From: an uncultured Candidatus Sumerlaeota bacterium
GTDB lineage: Bacteria > Sumerlaeota > Sumerlaeia > UBA8349
Direction of reading: 5' to 3'
NCBI GenBank assembly: GCA_942493245.1
Contig: OW818685.1
Span: 4,770,973-4,834,972, forward strand
Length of the DNA stretch: 64,000 nucleotides
Below, in pieces: positions 55,862-64,000 of this stretch. Position numbers and translations under genes: made by a program. Position 1 is the stretch's first letter. Every line of letters starts with the position of its first letter. The notes under the pieces are model-generated. The model was given only the letters and a program-made list of their open reading frames with translations, did not search any database and was not told the origin of the DNA.

Positions 55862-57808
55862 ATGGATAGCATGCCCCCGGAGGCCGTCGCCCCGTGTGTT
55901 GTGACTCGACGCCCCTCGAGCGGCGGAACGGGGCGTTTTTTTCTGCTGATATTCGGGTTGGCGCTTCTGGTGCGGGTGGCTGGGTTGGACGTGTTTCCCC
56001 CGGGGCTGTGGATGGACGAAGGGCTGAAGGGCATGGACGCGTGGCGCACCTGGCACGCAACGCGCTACGGTCCCGCCACCGGTCCCCTCTGGATCTATCC
56101 GGACATTTTTCCCCGCGAGCCGTTGTTTGTCTGGATTCAGAGCGTGGCGGTCACGCTCGGCGGGCCACGGGTGATCGTCCTGCGGTTGACGTCGGTGTTG
56201 ATCGGCTGTCTGGCTTGTCTGGCTTTTTTCGGTCTGGTGCGCTCGCTGGAACGGGAACGCGGCGCGCGGTTCGCGCTTGTGGCGGCGTTTGTGCTCTGTA
56301 CACTGCACTGGCATGCGCATTTCAGCCGATTGATCTTCCGGACCAATCTGGTCCCCCTCGTGGCGTGCTTGCTGGTGTGGGCGCTGTCCGCCGCCCGGCA
56401 TCGAGCGAACGCAGACCGCACAGGCGTGTTGCCATGGATCGCAGCCGGACTGTTCCTGGGTTTGGGATTTTATACGTATCTTTCCTGGTATTTCTTCCTG
56501 CCCGTGGCCGCCGTGTGGTTCTGGGCGCTGGCGGGAGGGGGTTCGCAAGCCCAGGAAGGTGACATGGGTGTTCCCCGAGGTGGCACGGGCGTCCCGCCCA
56601 TGAACGCAGTTGAAAATCATTCTCAGTCCCAGGAGGAACCCCTCACGGGCGAGACGCCCGTGCCACCTCAAACGGTCCCTCCTCTGGTTGTACAACCTCC
56701 GTTCGTACCTCCTCGGAAGAGGACAACTTTCTGGACCGCGCTGGCCGGAGTGTTGATCGGGGCGGTTCTGATCGTCTCGCCCCTGGTGGCGCATTATCTG
56801 TCCTCGCCCGGCGATCTGGTGGGGCGTCCGCAGGCGGTTTCGCCCCTTCAGAAGGGGTGGAAGGCCGGGTTGCAGCTCATGGGGCGCAATGCGCTGGATG
56901 TGGCCCTGATGTTCTCCTTCCGGGGCGACCATGTGGGGAAACACAACATTCCGGTCGAGACCGCCGAGGGGGAACGCCCCTATGGCAAGCCGGTTTTCGA
57001 TCTTGTGTGGTCCTTGTTCTTCTACGCGGGGTTACTCCGGGCGGGGTGGGAGGTCGTGCGCCGGGGCAAACAGTGCCGGCAATCTCTTGCCTGGTTCGCC
57101 TGGTTGGGGTGCATGTCGTTGCCGTCGGTGGTCACGCAGACCGATTCGGTCAACATGCTGCGCAATCTGGGAGTGACGCCTGCCGTGGCGTATTTTGTCG
57201 CGCTTGGCTGGTGGTGGGGGTATGAATCGGTTCAGCGCCTGGGCGCGGCGGTATCGTCCGAGGCGCTCGCGAGACGGAAACGGCTGCTGGGGGCGCTGCT
57301 GATCGGCCTGCTGGTCTATGGGGCCGGGTATCAGGTCTATAAGCTCTGGTACCTGCACCCGCAGGCGCCGGGGATGCAGGACCAGTTCAATTTCTACCAC
57401 GTGGCGCTGGCGGAGATGTGCGAAATCCCGCAGGACGCCCCTCAGACTCCCTCCGTGACGTTTGTACCCACGGACTACTACGAGCACCGGACTTTCGGGT
57501 TTCTGACGATCGAGCGCGGCGACATCCTGCCGCTCGACCCCGTGGCGCTTCTGTCGCGCCCGCTTGCGGGCAAGGCCCGTGTGGACCACCGGGTGATCTG
57601 TACGGACTACAATCCGCGCAATCTCAAGAGTTTGCGGACGCTTTTTCCCGACGCGTGGGTTGAGTCGAACACAATTCTGGTGCAGCCGCCCGGTGGCGGT
57701 CCCGAACAACCGGTGGCGCTGATGCTCCACATCCCCGCTGACAGTCTGTTGCCGCGCGCCGAGGCCAAACGCCAGGCGGCGCGGTTGCAGTTGAATACGC
57801 GGTACTGA
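55862..57808 (+). CDS. GT-C fold membrane glycosyltransferase, PMT_2/ArnT-like (GT39/GT83-like), carrying an in-frame REP insertion
   Basis: Multi-TM N-terminus with a DE-containing first periplasmic loop (GLWMDEGLKGMDAWRTW) and a soluble C-terminal domain. I prefer ATG 55862 (GAAGGA 7 nt upstream). The repeat at 56578-56669 is translated in frame as ...GDMGVPRGGTGVPPMNAVENHSQSQEEPLTGETPVPPQ... Confidence 0.78.
   Translation: MDSMPPEAVAPCVVTRRPSSGGTGRFFLLIFGLALLVRVAGLDVFPPGLWMDEGLKGMDAWRTWHATRYGPATGPLWIYPDIFPREPLFVWIQSVAVTLGGPRVIVLRLTSVLIGCLACLAFFGLVRSLERERGARFALVAAFVLCTLHWHAHFSRLIFRTNLVPLVACLLVWALSAARHRANADRTGVLPWIAAGLFLGLGFYTYLSWYFFLPVAAVWFWALAGGGSQAQEGDMGVPRGGTGVPPMNAVENHSQSQEEPLTGETPVPPQTVPPLVVQPPFVPPRKRTTFWTALAGVLIGAVLIVSPLVAHYLSSPGDLVGRPQAVSPLQKGWKAGLQLMGRNALDVALMFSFRGDHVGKHNIPVETAEGERPYGKPVFDLVWSLFFYAGLLRAGWEVVRRGKQCRQSLAWFAWLGCMSLPSVVTQTDSVNMLRNLGVTPAVAYFVALGWWWGYESVQRLGAAVSSEALARRKRLLGALLIGLLVYGAGYQVYKLWYLHPQAPGMQDQFNFYHVALAEMCEIPQDAPQTPSVTFVPTDYYEHRTFGFLTIERGDILPLDPVALLSRPLAGKARVDHRVICTDYNPRNLKSLRTLFPDAWVESNTILVQPPGGGPEQPVALMLHIPADSLLPRAEAKRQAARLQLNTRY
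56578..56669. repeat. Family-2 REP-like element (d), intragenic and in frame within the GT39-like gene
   Basis: GAGGTGGCACGGGCGTCCCGCCCATGAA ... TCACGGGCGAGACGCCCGTGCCACCTC. The arms are 25/27 inverted repeats. The length is 92 bp, which is not a multiple of 3, so either the local frame is preserved only together with adjacent sequence, or the predicted protein skips the element. Confidence 0.65.
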
Positions 57809-57899
57809 GCCTTCCGGCTCGAAACCCGCGCGATAAGGCCATCTCGCGGCACTCGCGGGGCCTGTTCCATCTTCTCCGCTGAAGGAAGGTCTTTCACCC

Positions 57900-59003
57900 A
57901 TGTATCATCCCGCGCCGAAATGCGCCTTTTTCCGCTCTTCTCTTTCTTTTCTGTTGAGCGCAATTCTGCTCTCGATATGCGCCTGTGCGTCGCCGAAAAG
58001 CGCTCCCGCCTCCCCGATAGTCGTTCAGGACGAGCGCGTCCCGCAGGACCGCAGCGTACTCTATGAACAGGTCACCCAGGCCTGTGTCGAGATTCTGTCA
58101 GAGGGGCATCTGGCCGGAAGCGGATGGTTCTGCTCACCCGACGGGCTGGTGATGACGGCGGGGCACGTCATGGAAAAGCCGGATATGGACCTGGAAGTGA
58201 TTGCGGCGCCGGACAAGCGGTACAAGGCGCATCTGGTGGCGCTGGACCGGGGACACGATCTGGCGTTGCTCCAGGTGGAGGACGCGAAAGGGCCGTTCTC
58301 CACCCTGCCGCTGGCCCAAAGCATGCCCGCCGTGGGCGAGGACGCGTTTGTCTTTGGCATGCCGATCTACCGCCATGCGGTCCTGTTGACCGGGCAACCG
58401 GCGCGTCAGGGAACCACGTTCGAGTGGCTCGGGCCGGAAACGTCCTACGCCGAGATCGTCCACTTTCACGGGGCTTCGCCGCAAGGCACGTCGGGCGGAC
58501 CGTGGATCAATCCTCAAGGAGAAGTGATCGGGCTGCAATCTTCGATGATGTCGCTCAACGACGCCCCGATGGGGATCGCCTTCGTCGCGCCGCTGGGAGC
58601 CATCCGGCGCCTGATCGAAACCCGTCGGCACGCCGAGACGCCCCATCTGGGGTGCGCGTTCGATGAACTCTGGGAGCACGACCCCGGTTTCATCCGCTCG
58701 TTCCCGGCAGGCACCGAGGGGTTGGTGGTGCGCATGCCCGCGAAGGACAGTCCAGCGGCCAGGGCGGACCTGCGAGAACTCGACTGCATCACCGCCGTGG
58801 ATGGCAAAGCGGTGCGCTACCGGGATCAGGTGGTGGGCGCCATGCGGGCCAAAAAACCGGGCGAGACGATCCGGTTCTCCGTTCTGCGCAAAGGGGAGGC
58901 CGCCCGAACGGTCGAAGTCGTCCTGAGTTGCCTGGAAAAAGACTGGCAGGCGGGGAAGACACAGAGGACGGAACCGGAAGCCAAGGAAGAAGCGGAAAAG
59001 TAA
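57900..59003 (+). CDS. Trypsin-like serine protease (S1C/HtrA-like) lipoprotein with C-terminal PDZ domain
   Basis: Lipobox LLSICAC. Catalytic triad context MTAGHV, DLALLQV, GTSGGP. A C-terminal PDZ-like region. GAAGGAAGG RBS. Confidence 0.85.
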   Translation: MYHPAPKCAFFRSSLSFLLSAILLSICACASPKSAPASPIVVQDERVPQDRSVLYEQVTQACVEILSEGHLAGSGWFCSPDGLVMTAGHVMEKPDMDLEVIAAPDKRYKAHLVALDRGHDLALLQVEDAKGPFSTLPLAQSMPAVGEDAFVFGMPIYRHAVLLTGQPARQGTTFEWLGPETSYAEIVHFHGASPQGTSGGPWINPQGEVIGLQSSMMSLNDAPMGIAFVAPLGAIRRLIETRRHAETPHLGCAFDELWEHDPGFIRSFPAGTEGLVVRMPAKDSPAARADLRELDCITAVDGKAVRYRDQVVGAMRAKKPGETIRFSVLRKGEAARTVEVVLSCLEKDWQAGKTQRTEPEAKEEAEK

Positions 59004-59202
59004 ACCAAGCCCAGAAAAGAAGAACAGGGAGAACCGCAGCCCTCTCCCCCGTCAAACCGGTCGAGCGGATTTCCCGCATCTGGCCTTTCTTCTGACTCTC
59101 GCCCCAAGGCATGCGGATTGACCAGAGCGCCTCATACTGATTGCTTGTCCATAAACCTGAGAACCGCGGTTGAACCTGAATACCGCAGTTGAACGCCTGT
59201 CG

Positions 59203-59242
59203 TCCGGTTTTCTTTCAGGCGGGCGGGACGCCCGCCCTCCCA
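59203..59242 (+). repeat. Family-3 short repeat copy
   Basis: TCCGGTTTTCTTTCAGGCGGGCGGGACGCCCGCCCTCCCAG, with a perfect GGGCGGG-ACG-CCCGCCC hairpin. Confidence 0.6.
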
Positions 59243-59476
59243 GAAAGCCCACCCAAAGGGAGAACGGATTGCCCTCTTTTTTCCCCTCTTTACATGGCGT
59301 CAAGACCCGTTTCTTCGTTTCAACTGCTGTCTTTGAGATAAATAGTTATCACTTTTCTCAAAACGATCATCGTGGCAGCCAGCACCGCCAACCTCGGATA
59401 AGAGCGGGTTTTTGACCGGTCTCCTGCCGCAAGAGATGTTGAAGAGACCCTGCCCCATCCCTTGTGAGCGATTCCC

Positions 59477-60220
59477 TTACGCCTTCTCGATCTCGCTGCG
59501 CCAGGCGGCGACTTCGGCCCGGATAGCGCGCAGCACGGCGAGCGACTCGTTGCCCAGAAGGGGGTGCGCTCCGGCGACGGGAGAAACATCGCTGAGTCCC
59601 CGATCGTCATGGTCGCCCAGGCCCGATGTCCCGAGATGGCGCAGGTAGGTCATAATCAGGTCGCGCAGTTCGGTGGGACGTCCGATGCCGCGAAACACGG
59701 CCTGATTCAGCGCGCCGCTTTCGTAGGGATTCTCCGGGTTGGGGGCCGAGCCCCGCCCCGCCGTGTCCACCACCAGGTCGTACAGTCCGAAATACCGCTG
59801 GACCGGTCCCTGCTCGATGCGCATGTTCTGGATGTTCTCGAACGTCAGGGTCACCTCCCGCACTTCGATCACCCCCTCGCGGATGCGCAAGCTGCGGTCG
59901 GTGATGAGGTAGAAACGCATCTCGTAATCCAGGCGCGTTACGACGTAGAAAAACACGGTCTTCCCCACCGCAAAAAACAGAATGGCCACCGCGGCCAGGA
60001 GACCGAGCCAGGGATTCGCCACCAACAAGACCAGCGCAACAACCGCTTCGGCAATCAGGACGGGTACCAACCCCATCCACATCATCAGCATCCGGTAGCG
60101 CAGATAGGCGGGCGCGGCGCGGAACACCTGCACGGAATCGTGCGACCCGGCGGGTGGGTCCGGCGGCTCGTGCGGAGAACGCAGCAGGTCGAGAACAATG
60201 CCTTTCAACTGTTCATACAT
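59477..60220 (-). CDS. Membrane-flanked bacterial PH-domain protein (bPH_2 / YdbS-like)
   Basis: Two TM helices, then YLITDRSLRIREGVIEVREVTLTFENIQNMRIEQGPVQRYFGLYDLVVDTAG. I prefer ATG 60220 (MYEQLKG...) with GGGGAG upstream. Confidence 0.78.
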   Translation of the reverse strand: MYEQLKGIVLDLLRSPHEPPDPPAGSHDSVQVFRAAPAYLRYRMLMMWMGLVPVLIAEAVVALVLLVANPWLGLLAAVAILFFAVGKTVFFYVVTRLDYEMRFYLITDRSLRIREGVIEVREVTLTFENIQNMRIEQGPVQRYFGLYDLVVDTAGRGSAPNPENPYESGALNQAVFRGIGRPTELRDLIMTYLRHLGTSGLGDHDDRGLSDVSPVAGAHPLLGNESLAVLRAIRAEVAAWRSEIEKA

Positions 60221-60242
60221 GGGTTCCGACTCCCCACTTTCA

Positions 60243-61754
60243 TCAAGGTTGCGTTCGAGGCACAAAGATCGTCTTGGGGCGCGTCTTTCCCCCGCTGACG
60301 GGCCAGAACACATCGGGCCGGGGAAAAACCGGCCCGGCTTCCTCATAATACTGATCCCATCCATGCGGAAGAGAATGTCCATCAAACAGAATTTCGGCAA
60401 AACGTTGTTCTCGAACGGCCTGATTCAAACTTTCCCAGACACAGACCGGAACCTGTTCTTTCCCGCCGGCAAGAACGCGAAATGGAGAATAGTAGGTAGC
60501 CCGAATCGGTTTCCCTGCCATGGGACCAAGATGGCCGTGGAAGGCGACCCAAACATCGCCTTCCACGTGTTTCAGACGTTCAACCAAGGCCTCCCCCGCC
60601 TCACGATCCGCCCGGGACGGTACTCGGATGCGCGGGTCGTAGGCAACCAGGGCAAATTGGACAAGAAGCAAAAAATAAAACGCCATCTGGATTTTGGGGG
60701 ACTGGAACCTTTGGGCCGCTTTCTGGAACAGGATTCCCACTAAAAGCGCAAACAGGGCACAGTCGGGCATGAGGGAATTTTCAGCGCCCCCTTCCGACCA
60801 TTGGCCAATCCAGGACGCAATAAGAAATCCGCCTCCCAGAGTCGGCAGGAAGAGTTGCTCCCGCCAGGTTTTCCAGTTCCGTATCCCCAGATACAATCCC
60901 CCGAGCGCGGCAATGGAAACAATCGGCATCTTGATTGCGACATGACGTGTCCAGAAATCAAGCCCGTGGCCGATGCGTAACGAATGCTCAAACAGATAAC
61001 CCCACATATACGGACAGAACCACCCCTCTTGCCAGACATCCATCGCGAAGGACCCTCCGACCACGAGTAAGCCAAAGGGGAGCAAGAGCCATCCGGCACG
61101 ACGGGGATGGAGGACGGAGACGATGCACAAAACAGGAAGAGAGGCGGGTAACGCCGTTTGTTTCGTGAAGACCGCCAGAGCCAGAAGAATTCCTGTCGAT
61201 ACGTCCGCCAGGGGAGTCTTTCCGAAACGAAGCAGGTACATCGCCGACAAAAGAAGAAAAAGTAGCAACGAGTCCACCCGCGCCACATCGAACCACCCGC
61301 CGCAAACTCCGTAGGAGGCCGCATAGAAGCCCGCGGAAAGAAACGCGAAATAACGGGAGTCCGTTTCCCGTCGGACATAGGCAAAAAGTATCCCGAGACA
61401 CCCCACGGACGCAACCACGGAAGCCAGGCGCAGCACCCACAGATTAAACCCCAGGCACTGGGCAAGACCAGCCGAAAGATAGTAATACAGGGGAGGATAA
61501 ATACTCGGAGAATAATCCAGAGACGGTTTTGCGTAGAGGGGCAATCCTTGCAGGATTCGAGAAACGTGATCCGCCAGAACCCCCTCGAAAATCTCCAGTT
61601 CGAACGGGTACCCGATCCGCAACAGAACCAGCCCGAAATAGAGAAGAAGCGAACCTGTCGACGCAACCAGGAGCGCCCCGCGCATCAGGCGAACGCCCGG
61701 GGTGGGGAGGGTGGGCTTGTGTCCCGGCAGGACCGCCGAAGTTTTGGAATGCAT
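60243..61754 (-). CDS. Polytopic membrane protein with C-terminal periplasmic domain (putative GT-C-like glycosyltransferase), paralog B
   Basis: 503 aa with about 11 hydrophobic segments. Paralogous to the upstream gene: shared LLRIGYPFELE(I/T)FEG..ADHVSRILQG, YPPL(Y/F)YYLSAGLA, WFDVARVDSL, and GAENSLMPDCALFALL(V/M)G. Its ATG overlaps the upstream stop (TGATG). Confidence 0.75.
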   Translation of the reverse strand: MHSKTSAVLPGHKPTLPTPGVRLMRGALLVASTGSLLLYFGLVLLRIGYPFELEIFEGVLADHVSRILQGLPLYAKPSLDYSPSIYPPLYYYLSAGLAQCLGFNLWVLRLASVVASVGCLGILFAYVRRETDSRYFAFLSAGFYAASYGVCGGWFDVARVDSLLLFLLLSAMYLLRFGKTPLADVSTGILLALAVFTKQTALPASLPVLCIVSVLHPRRAGWLLLPFGLLVVGGSFAMDVWQEGWFCPYMWGYLFEHSLRIGHGLDFWTRHVAIKMPIVSIAALGGLYLGIRNWKTWREQLFLPTLGGGFLIASWIGQWSEGGAENSLMPDCALFALLVGILFQKAAQRFQSPKIQMAFYFLLLVQFALVAYDPRIRVPSRADREAGEALVERLKHVEGDVWVAFHGHLGPMAGKPIRATYYSPFRVLAGGKEQVPVCVWESLNQAVREQRFAEILFDGHSLPHGWDQYYEEAGPVFPRPDVFWPVSGGKTRPKTIFVPRTQP

Positions 61755-63328
61755 CAGGCTTGTCCCCCCGATTCCGTCTGGGCCGCCGGTTGCGGCAGGG
61801 ATGGCTCGGTTTCGTTGCGGGGCCGGGGGACAAAGATTGCCTTGGGCCGCGTTTTGTAACCGGTCACCGGCCAGAATACGTCGCGCCGTTCAAAGACCGG
61901 CCCGGCGTCCTGATAGTAGGCGTCCCATCCCTCGGGCAGGGAGTGCGCGTCGAACAGAATTGCGGCGAAGCGTTGCTCGCGGACGGCGCGATCCAGACTT
62001 CCCGGAAACGATGCCGGTTTGGGTTCTCCCAGGGAAGACATCGAAATCAGAGGTTGATAATAGATCGCCCGAATCGGTTTCCCGGCCATCGGTCCGAGAT
62101 GACCGTGAAAGGCAACCCACACGTCGCCCTCGATTCCCTTCAACCGCTCGATCAGCGCTTCACCCGCCTCGCGGTCCGCCCGCGAAGGAACCAGTGGACG
62201 CGGATCATAGACCACCAGACCGAATTGAATCAGAACCAGGGCGTACAGGAACGTCTGCTTCCGGGGCGAGGTTGTCTGTTCCAATCCTTTCTGGAGCAAA
62301 ACCCCCATCAGAAGCGCGAAGAGCGCGCAACTGGGCAGGAGAGCGTTTTCGGCGCCCCCGACTGACCAGCGACCGATCCAGGCCGTTGCCAGAAGCCCCA
62401 GCGCCAGCGCGGGCAGAAAGAGCCGATCGCGCCAGTTTGTCTGGCCAGAAAAACCTCTCCAAAGCCCCAGCAGCGCGGCAATAGAAATGAGAGGCATCTG
62501 CCGGAAAACATGCCGGACCCAGAAATCCGCTCCCTGCCCCGGCCGCAAAGCGTGTTGAGCCAGATGTTCCAGAACATACGTCCGATACCACCCGCCCTCA
62601 TGCAAACGGTCCAGGAGAAAGGAACCTCCCCCCAGAAGCAGTAAAAAGGGAACCAGACACCAGACCGCCCGGCGGGGCCGGGCTAACGTGACGGCGCACA
62701 GGGCGGGTAGAACCGCTGAAAACGCAGTCTGTTTGGTAAACGCCGCCAGAACCAGTAAGGCTCCCGCCAGGAGACCACCCCCTGGCGTTTTCTGGAAACG
62801 AAGCCCATATACACCGGCCAACAGAAAAAACAGGTACAGAGAATCCACACGCGCAACATCGAACCACCCCACGCAAATTCCATAGGTGGCCGCGTAGAAA
62901 CCCGCGGAGAGAAACCCACAAAAGCGAGAACCGGTCTCGCGCCGGACATACCCATAGAGAATCCCCAGACAGCCCACCGAGGCGAAGACGGAAACCAACC
63001 GCAAGACCCACAAGTTCACCCCAAAGACCCACGCCAACCCCGCCGAGAGATAATAGAAAAGGGGCGGGTAGATGTTCGAGACAAAATCCACCGACGGGGC
63101 CACATAGATGGATTTTCCCTGGAGAATCCGGGACACATGATCCGCCGTCAACCCCTCGAACGTTTCCAGTTCGAACGGGTAGCCGATCCGCAACAGGACG
63201 AGAATTGCATACAGCAGAATCGAGCCGCCCGCCGCCACCCCCACTGCTTTACGCAGCAGACCGGACATTGCCGACGACGACCACCCGGAGCGCCACGGCG
63301 CGAGGGATGGGGTTTGTTCCGGATTCAT
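61754..63328 (-). CDS. Polytopic membrane protein with C-terminal periplasmic domain (putative GT-C-like glycosyltransferase), paralog A
   Basis: 524 aa and collinear with paralog B, including the C-terminal EGDVWVAFHGHLGPMAGKPIRA(I/T)YY...FDxHSLPxGWDxYYxxAGPVF motif. GGAAGGG RBS upstream of ATG 63328. Confidence 0.75.
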   Translation of the reverse strand: MNPEQTPSLAPWRSGWSSSAMSGLLRKAVGVAAGGSILLYAILVLLRIGYPFELETFEGLTADHVSRILQGKSIYVAPSVDFVSNIYPPLFYYLSAGLAWVFGVNLWVLRLVSVFASVGCLGILYGYVRRETGSRFCGFLSAGFYAATYGICVGWFDVARVDSLYLFFLLAGVYGLRFQKTPGGGLLAGALLVLAAFTKQTAFSAVLPALCAVTLARPRRAVWCLVPFLLLLGGGSFLLDRLHEGGWYRTYVLEHLAQHALRPGQGADFWVRHVFRQMPLISIAALLGLWRGFSGQTNWRDRLFLPALALGLLATAWIGRWSVGGAENALLPSCALFALLMGVLLQKGLEQTTSPRKQTFLYALVLIQFGLVVYDPRPLVPSRADREAGEALIERLKGIEGDVWVAFHGHLGPMAGKPIRAIYYQPLISMSSLGEPKPASFPGSLDRAVREQRFAAILFDAHSLPEGWDAYYQDAGPVFERRDVFWPVTGYKTRPKAIFVPRPRNETEPSLPQPAAQTESGGQA

Positions 63329-63367
63329 CGAACGCGCCCTTCCGCTTTTTTCGGGAAGTTGCCCATT

Positions 63368-63967
63368 TCAGACCTCGCTTTTTTCAACCGAATCGGTCTG
63401 TGGGGCCGGTTGGGAATTCCGGGAGGCGGACTGAAGGCGGCGCAGAGCGGCCAGGTCGGTGTGGATGGCGCGCAGGAGTTCCAGCGCTTCTCCGTCCGAT
63501 TGCGCGACGGACGGGGCGGCCGTGCCGGAGACCGCCGTCTCGGACGCATCGAGACGCCGTCCCCGCATTTTTCCATAGAAGAAATCGCGCAGGGCCTCGT
63601 ACTCCTCGATCCCCTGGATACTCATTTCGGCTCCGGCGGCGCCCGAGGCGGTCTGCACCTGGAGCGTGGCCAGTCCGAACCAGCGTTCCAGAATGCCCCG
63701 TGTGAGGTGGATATCCTGAATCCGCTTGTAGGTCAGGTTGATTTCCTTGCGGAACAGGATGCCCCAGCTCATGCTCACCCCTTCGGCATCGAAGCGGTAG
63801 CGCAGGGTGTGGTACTTGAAAAACATGGGAGGGAAAACCAGAGGAAATAACACATTGGCCAGGAGACTGCGGATGAAATAATAGTACAACAGTTTCTGTG
63901 AAGGCCGTGTGATCGAAAAAATACGCGCCTCGGAGGGAGCGTGGCGGGTCGTGGCGGGATTCAACAT
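63368..63967 (-). CDS. Membrane-flanked bacterial PH-domain protein (bPH_2 / YdbS-like), second copy
   Basis: YRFDAEGVSMSWGILFRKEINLTYKRIQDIHLTRGILERWFGLATLQVQTASG. ATG 63967 has GGAGAGGTGG upstream. Confidence 0.72.
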   Translation of the reverse strand: MLNPATTRHAPSEARIFSITRPSQKLLYYYFIRSLLANVLFPLVFPPMFFKYHTLRYRFDAEGVSMSWGILFRKEINLTYKRIQDIHLTRGILERWFGLATLQVQTASGAAGAEMSIQGIEEYEALRDFFYGKMRGRRLDASETAVSGTAAPSVAQSDGEALELLRAIHTDLAALRRLQSASRNSQPAPQTDSVEKSEV

Positions 63968-64000
63968 GGGAACCACCTCTCCAATGGATAATGGACAATT

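Noticed and set aside
54503-56944. 813-aa minus-strand ORF
   Set aside because: Arg/Pro/His-rich antisense of the YkgJ-like and GT39-like genes. It also crosses REP elements. No protein-like motifs.
1-64000. CRISPR arrays, rRNA and tRNA genes
   Set aside because: No regularly spaced direct repeats of 25-40 bp with unique spacers were seen. The repeats found are palindromic REP/MITE types at irregular spacing. No tRNA cloverleaf or rRNA-like conserved blocks were recognised.

Overview
This is a high-GC (about 65%) bacterial chromosomal segment. The phylum cannot be assigned from sequence alone. I support about 35 protein-coding genes. Most long ORFs in the six-frame track are antisense shadows of real genes and I rejected them.

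Layout:
- Left end, all on the minus strand: a giant 19.2-kb gene encoding a ~6,400-aa secreted multidomain protein (Calx-beta repeats, two BNR/sialidase-like propellers, CARDB, right-handed beta-helix, WD40/TolB-like propellers, Big_2, and about 10 tandem Fn3 repeats). Downstream of it lie a tandem degenerate cytidylate-kinase-like protein, a CheY-like receiver, and a CheA-like kinase. The CheA-like gene runs off the window. Its domain order is permuted, with the Hpt domain C-terminal to the CheW domain.
- Middle: B12-dependent ribonucleotide reductase nrdJ with NrdR-box-like palindromes and a strong intrinsic terminator; a Tat-exported metallophosphoesterase; a PAS hybrid histidine kinase; an ArsR/BigR-like regulator upstream of a four-domain CoA-disulfide reductase-rhodanese-TusA-DsrE fusion (a persulfide/sulfur-stress module); secreted acetolactate decarboxylase; nitroreductase; ettA; dinB; lptB followed directly by hpf with no rpoN between them.
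- Right part: a ParB-like N-domain protein; a lipoprotein; lemA with a double Zn-ribbon protein; an orphan GspE/PilB ATPase with a sigma54-like promoter; a PAS histidine kinase with a pseudo-receiver; a ComEA-like protein; hemW; a YkgJ-family Cys-rich protein; a GT39/PMT-like glycosyltransferase; an S1C/PDZ lipoprotein protease; and a bPH - membrane protein - membrane protein - bPH cluster with tandem paralogs.

Non-coding content is unusually rich. There are at least four families of short palindromic or MITE-like repeats, including two about 250-280 bp elements that share 15-bp terminal inverted repeats (GAACTCCTCATTGTC) but carry different internal cargo. One REP-like element is inserted in frame inside the glycosyltransferase gene.

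I found no rRNA, tRNA or CRISPR array.
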